A stretch of DNA of 64,000 bases from Eledone cirrhosa (taxonomy: Eukaryota), in the NCBI GenBank assembly GCA_964016885.1, contig OZ024746.1, forward strand, positions 95,790,001 to 95,854,000. Direction: 5' to 3'. A model generated the notes under the pieces. That model was not told the DNA's origin. It did not search any database and saw nothing but the letters and a program-made list of their open reading frames with translations. Positions 60,001 to 64,000 of this stretch are shown piece by piece. Numbering within the stretch: position 1 is the stretch's first letter; every line of letters begins with the position of its first letter. Position numbers and translations under genes: made by a program.

Positions 60001-63000
60001 CAAGATCTAACTAATAAGACAATAATAGTTAGACCAGTCATCACAGATGAGACAATTATCAAAACAATTGTTACTGATAGAGTTATAACCATGTATGATT
60101 TAGTATTAATATCAGTTGCAATCACTGACACAACACCAGAATCAATTGTTAGTTATGATGTAATAACTATGTATGATACAACACCTATTACTGAGTCTGT
60201 TTATGATATAATGTCTCTACCAATAGATACTTCTGGTATAATGTTTGCTCAGTCAACTGTAACTGAAAAAGAAACAACTGAATCACATAAGGATGAATAT
60301 ACAATAGCTACATTTAGTACTTCTGATTATGTTAAGAGAAAACTAATTGCCACTGATAAAGGTTTAACAACTATGTCACAAATAACTATTGTTGTTAGGA
60401 AATCTGTTAAATATAAATCTGATGAAACTACTTCTTATAAACCAAGGACTGAAACTGTAAAAGAATTTAGTGTCACTGATATTCAAACAGCCCAGCCACA
60501 AATCATCTATATTGAAGTTTTTACTGATGATCATATAACTGTTATTCAAGATAAGGAATTAGAAATAACTACTTATTCAAGTCTTCTAATATCAGATAGA
60601 TCAGTGCAGTTTATTGATATAAAAAGCCTCTATCAAAGTGATATCATAAAACAATATTCAATTACAATTGATGTAGTTGTTAAAGATGAGATAATGTCTG
60701 CCACAGATGAGATGATACCTGGAATTAAAATAACTGTTACTACTGATAGCAGCCAACAAAACTATTCCTTTCCAGTCACCCATATTACTAGACTCTTCAT
60801 TGATTCTAATGTAAGTATGCCATTTATTGGTTATATTTCCTTCAAGAAGATTAGTGAAAAGGTTGTGAGAAAAGAATTTGAATATGGTTTATTTACTGAT
60901 GTACTGGATATAACTAATATTACTAAACCACAGCCATCATTCCTTGATAAAAGTGAACTAGAAATTAGAGAAAGGCTGTCTTCTATAACTCCCCAAATTG
61001 AAATGACACCAACATCAAGTCAAGAAATAACAGATATATTATTTGTAAGTGATACAATAAAAGTTGTCACAGATATGATAGAAATGTCAACCAATATATA
61101 TAGAAATATATCACATGAAGATTATACTCCAGAGACTGTATATTTCGACAGCAGCAAAACTTCTTTCAGTGGAGCATTTGATGTTCAGACTGTAACAGTC
61201 TCAGTCTTTATAATACCAACAAGAAAATCTAAAATTTATGACATTTGGATATCTGGTAGTTTTTCAACCATATCACTAGATGAAAAAAAAAGTATATCAC
61301 TAAAAACAACAACTGAAATTGCAATGAAAATTGCAGATAATGAAACAGAAATGTATACAACAACAAAAGAGCCCTTAATTAGTAAAACTTCAAAATATTC
61401 ATTTGTCCAGAATGTTACTGCATATGGCATCAACACAACAATCACAAGATCAACTTCTGTTATGGCAACAACACAATTTGATTGTAAGTTAATAGAGCAG
61501 AACATTAGTTTAGCTGATAAAAATGACACAGCAACACCATATCTACTCCTTATACATGAGACAACAACCCAAAGCTTAGTAATAACTGTTACCACAGCAA
61601 AGTATTCTTTTACTAAAATTAAACTTCCAGCTACCTTCCAAATGCATACAACTACTTTAGTTGTGGGAGATAAAAATTTAACTTCATTTCTTGGGAAAGA
61701 ACCTTTTATTAAGTCAATACCTGACACATTTGTGACAATAGATTATAAACTACTTCAATTCCAAACAGATATTTTGACTATTGATAATAAGACAATAGAC
61801 GAAATGACCGTGGGTGTAACTGAGATTTTAACTCAGCTTATGTTTGTAACAGTTACACCAGAGTCTTTAATTCCAACAGATGTTGAACAAAGCCAAAGGT
61901 TTATCATTTATAGTACAAAAATGCTTGATTCATCTCACAAAACATTTTATTATTTTACAAACGAATCCACCAGAGCACTAAGTCAAACAAAGGCTGTAAA
62001 GCCTATTGTTAGAACAACTAAATTAGAAGATAGTACTGAGAAAGCAATAACAATGAAATATGATTATTTAAAAGAAAAAAGCTTAACAAGTAGTAAAGAA
62101 ACAATGATCCTGTTTAATACAATGAAAACCCAATGGACAAAAACATACGAAACAGCTATAGCAACCAACACAACATACAAAGGTTTTACAATTCTATATA
62201 TTGTTACATCACCTAAAGAACAACTAATTTCTAAGCCATCTGATACTGATATCATATTAAAACCCCCAGTAAGTTTGATACGAGAGACAATAATATATGA
62301 TCGAATTGGAAGAGTGGTGACTGAAGGATTCCTACATGTGAAAGACATCTCAGAAGACAAAGAAATTGTGACATTCAGTTCAAAACATGTGGTATCTGAA
62401 GACCAAATAATTCAAGAAACAGATACATATAAATTAATCTATTTAAAAACCAAAGATCAAGACATGATTACATCAATAATACCCCATATAATATCTAAGG
62501 CAGTATTGTTTACACATAAATATGGAACTTTTAATGATACCTTCCCTATTGTCTCTATAACAGAAAATATAACATCTGTAGATGTAACATATGTAATATT
62601 TACAGTAGAACATGTATCTCCTCAATATATAACAGATGTTACTTTAATATCAGAACATGTAATAATACCTGATACTTATATATCAAAACATATATCATCT
62701 AGAGATACACTAACAGACATTTCTACACAAAAACCTGACACATTTAAAGATGAAGTAACATTCACTGATATATCAAACAAAACAACATTTGTACATGTAA
62801 TAGGTATTTCTATGATATCAGTTATTATTACATCTAGAGATATAACAGTGGTTAGTACTATACCAGACCATGTGACATCTGCAGATATAACAGCAGTTAC
62901 TTCTATACCAGACCATATAACAGCTGCAGATATAACAACAGTTAGTACTATACCAGATCATATGACATCTGCAGATATAGCAACAGTTAGTACTATACCA

Positions 63001-63999
63001 GACCACATGACATCTGGAGATATAGTAGCAGTTAGTACAATACCAGACCATGTGACATCTGAAGATATAACAGCAGTTAGTACTATACCAGATCATATGA
63101 CATCTGGAGATATAACAGCAGTTAGTACTATACCAGACTATGTGACATATGGAGATATAACAGCAGTTACTTCTATACCAGATCATGTGACATCTGAAGA
63201 TATAATAGCAGTTAGTACTATACCAGACCATGTGATAGCTGGAGATATAACAGCAGTTACTTCTATACCAGCCCATGTGACATCTGGAGATATAACAGCA
63301 GTTAGTACTATACCAGACCATGTGACATCTGGAGATATAACAGCAGTTAGTACTATACCAGACCATATGACATCTGGAGATATAGCAGCAGTTAGTACTA
63401 TACCAGACCATGTGACATCTGGAGATATAACAGCAGTTACTTCTATACCAGACCATATTACTGCTGGAGATATAACAACAGTTAGTACTATACCAGATCA
63501 TATGACGTCTGGAGATATAACAGCAGTTAGTACTATACCAGATCATGTGACATCTGGAGATATAACAGCAGTTACTTCTATTCCAGATCATGTGACATCT
63601 GGAGATATAACAGCAGTTAGTACTATACCAGACCATGTGATATCTGGAGATATAACAGCTGTTAGTACTATACCAGACCATGTTACATCTGGAGATACAG
63701 ATACTGTTAGTTCTGTACCAGACCATGTGACATCTGGAGATATAACAGCAGTTAGTACTATACCAGACCATGTGACATCTGGAGATATAACAACAGTTAG
63801 TACTATACCAGATCATATGACATCTGGAGACATAACAGCAGTTAGTACTATACCAGACCATGTGACATCTGGAGATATAACAGCAGTTACTTCTATACCA
63901 GACCATATTACTGCTGGAGATATAACAACAGTTAGTACTATACCAGATCATATGACGTCTGGAGATATAACAGCAGTTAGTACTATACCAGATCATATG
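1..63999 (+). CDS. Giant mucin-like Thr/Ser-rich glycoprotein, internal fragment of at least 21,333 aa, open at both window edges
   Basis: Frame +1 begins ETLILVSTIPMKMYIRKSLGFAHNRSLSF and ends ...DITAVSTIPDHM. I found no stop in the segments I translated by hand (first 1.6 kb, the arrays, several spacers). The ORF track lists no frame +1 ORF although there is an in-frame ATG at 31, which implies no in-frame stop downstream. All repeat units and the indels I examined are multiples of 3. Confidence 0.93.
1867..3801 (+). repeat. 87-nt coding tandem repeat, 22 units, 29 aa SEGTSYLMGPSVVAISKDVLFTTTIPQIV
   Basis: TCAGAAGGTACC recurs from 1873 to 3787, a span of 22 x 87 nt. Confidence 0.95.
6844..7389 (+). 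repeat. 39-nt coding tandem repeat, 14 units, IEPVFTTIIPTDK with IEIVSRTVIPTD variant
   Basis: ATTCCAACAGATAAAATAGAA recurs every 39 nt; the first three units are diverged. Confidence 0.92.
9259..9363 (+). repeat. 15-nt coding repeat, 7 units, alternating DTIHR/GTIQR
   Basis: GATACTATACATAGA / GGTACTATACAAAGA alternate. Confidence 0.9.
11380..11841 (+). repeat. 21-nt coding repeat, 22 units, TITPYNT
   Basis: Near-perfect tandem ACAATAACACCATATAACACA. Confidence 0.95.
11842..13902 (+). repeat. Variable 18-24-nt coding repeat, about 100 units, PY(N/T)(T/I)TT(T); almost G-free on the + strand
   Basis: CCATACAACA(T/C)AACAACA(ACA) with a variable number of ACA codons. Confidence 0.92.
14005..14763 (+). 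repeat. 21-nt coding repeat, about 36 units, TTTPLHI
   Basis: Tandem ACAACTAC(A/T)CCATTACATATC. Confidence 0.94.
14830..18018 (+). repeat. 21-nt coding repeat, about 150 units, VTPPD(T/I)(A/G)
   Basis: Tandem GTAACTCCACCTGACA(C/T)AG(C/G)T, a PTS-mucin-like unit. Confidence 0.96.
21715..21843 (+). repeat. Short diverged 48-nt (2 x 24) coding repeat, FESTTKEPFKxxxKIx, about 2.7 units
   Basis: ACCAC(G/T)AAAGAACCATTT occurs three times at 48-nt spacing. Confidence 0.75.
23041..26470 (+). repeat. 36-nt coding repeat, about 95 units, TPYNYSIDTITT, with degenerate copies extending to about 22410 and 26990
   Basis: Tandem ACACCATATAACTA(C/T)AGTATTGATACAATAACAACT, with a few 30-nt in-frame deletion units. 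Confidence 0.96.
33328..34245 (+). repeat. 33-nt coding repeat, about 28 units, MTPVT(Q/E)S(K/V)SL(T/I/A)
   Basis: ATGACCCCTGTAACA recurs at 33-nt (occasionally 30-nt) spacing. Confidence 0.92.
35638..35790 (+). repeat. Old diverged 54-nt repeat, 3 units, (H/Y)STExYTxIxIPSxxxxT
   Basis: Translates YSTERYTIIVIPSTAATT / HSVGGHIIIEIPSATTIT / HSTENYTVIGIPSAA. Confidence 0.65.
37039..38358 (+). repeat. 39-nt coding repeat, about 34 units, TVASSQSMEEGTQ
   Basis: Tandem ACAGTGGCCTCCAGTCAATCTATGGAGGAAGGGACACAA, with degenerate copies from about 36850. Confidence 0.95.
44521..46818 (+). repeat. 30-nt coding repeat, about 76 units, EVKPRT(T/I)VSD
   Basis: Tandem GAGGTAAAACCCAGGACTA(C/T)TGTCTCTGAT. 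Confidence 0.96.
47071..47820 (+). repeat. 27/30-nt subunit repeat with a 54-nt dimer, DDVTWSVVS / DDVTTSIAR / DDVTVTSLVT
   Basis: GATGATGTCACA starts nearly every subunit. Confidence 0.92.
47930..48336 (+). repeat. Diverged 30-nt repeat, RSG(A/V)(S/D)D(E/A)ATT, about 13 units
   Basis: ACAAGATCTGGAG recurs. Confidence 0.8.
48712..49020 (+). repeat. Diverged 30-nt repeat, DDVTMG(Y/F)T(A/V)(S/F), about 10 units
   Basis: GATGATGTAACA recurs at 30-nt spacing. Confidence 0.75.
49525..50680 (+). repeat. 63-nt composite coding repeat GTDEPIVSDDKVTRAIVTRTI (48/63/78-nt variants built from 15-nt IVxRT modules), about 18 units
   Basis: GGCACTGATGAACCTATTGTCTCTGATGAT recurs. Confidence 0.92.
51718..52520 (+). 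repeat. 57/60-nt coding repeat ATDVE(I/M)YRPVVTD(T)TI(E/D)RSI, about 14 units
   Basis: GCTACAGATGTAGAAAT(A/G)TACAGACCAGT recurs. Confidence 0.9.
52693..54970 (+). repeat. 30-nt coding repeat, about 75 units, SDII(T/S)YRP(L/Q)P
   Basis: Tandem TCTGATATCATAACATATAGACCATTACCT. Confidence 0.96.
55537..56390 (+). repeat. 30-nt coding repeat, about 28 units, (I/T)PGS(V/I)VTDKT
   Basis: Tandem CCTGGATCA(G/A)TTGTTACAGA(C/T)AAAACA. Confidence 0.92.
56566..57240 (+). repeat. 57-nt coding repeat, about 12 units, TDVEIYRP(DD/VS)GVExxSTTV
   Basis: GATGTAGAAATATATAGACCAG recurs; DDG and VSG units largely alternate. Confidence 0.9.
57580..60100 (+). repeat. Degenerate ~30-nt coding repeat region, consensus near VATDEIIPGT, grading into GSVSTDVTIx
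   Basis: GTTGCTACAGATGAGATA-like motif recurs with ~30-nt period and low identity. Confidence 0.8.
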
Positions 64000-64000
64000 A
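62830..64000 (+). repeat. 45-nt coding repeat, about 26 units and truncated by the window end, VSTIPDHVTSGDITA
   Basis: Tandem GTTAGTACTATACCAGACCATGTGACATCTGGAGATATAACAGCA. Confidence 0.95.

Noticed and set aside
1-63999. Assigning a gene name (MUC16, MUC3A/12/17, MUC22, ADGRG4, titin) or calling it a bacterial giant adhesin
   Set aside because: No diagnostic domain or known repeat consensus is recognisable in the window. CpG decay and sequon enrichment argue against a typical bacterial origin.

Overview
The whole window reads as one uninterrupted open reading frame on the + strand, frame 1 (1..63999, 21,333 codons), open at both ends. The supplied ORF track misses it, most likely because it never reaches a stop. 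The product is a Thr/Ser-rich, Cys-poor, mucin-like or stalk-like protein with no globular domain I can recognise. It consists of about 20 in-frame coding tandem-repeat arrays (units of 15-87 nt, all multiples of 3) separated by AT-rich non-repetitive coding spacers. Strong enrichment of N-x-S/T sequons points to a secreted or cell-surface glycoprotein. CpG scarcity and CpG-decay variants suggest a methylated, probably vertebrate, genome. If the DNA is genomic, this is a coding exon of at least 64 kb. The minus-strand ORFs in the track look like antisense shadows. I cannot assign a gene name. Copy numbers are hand estimates from coordinates.
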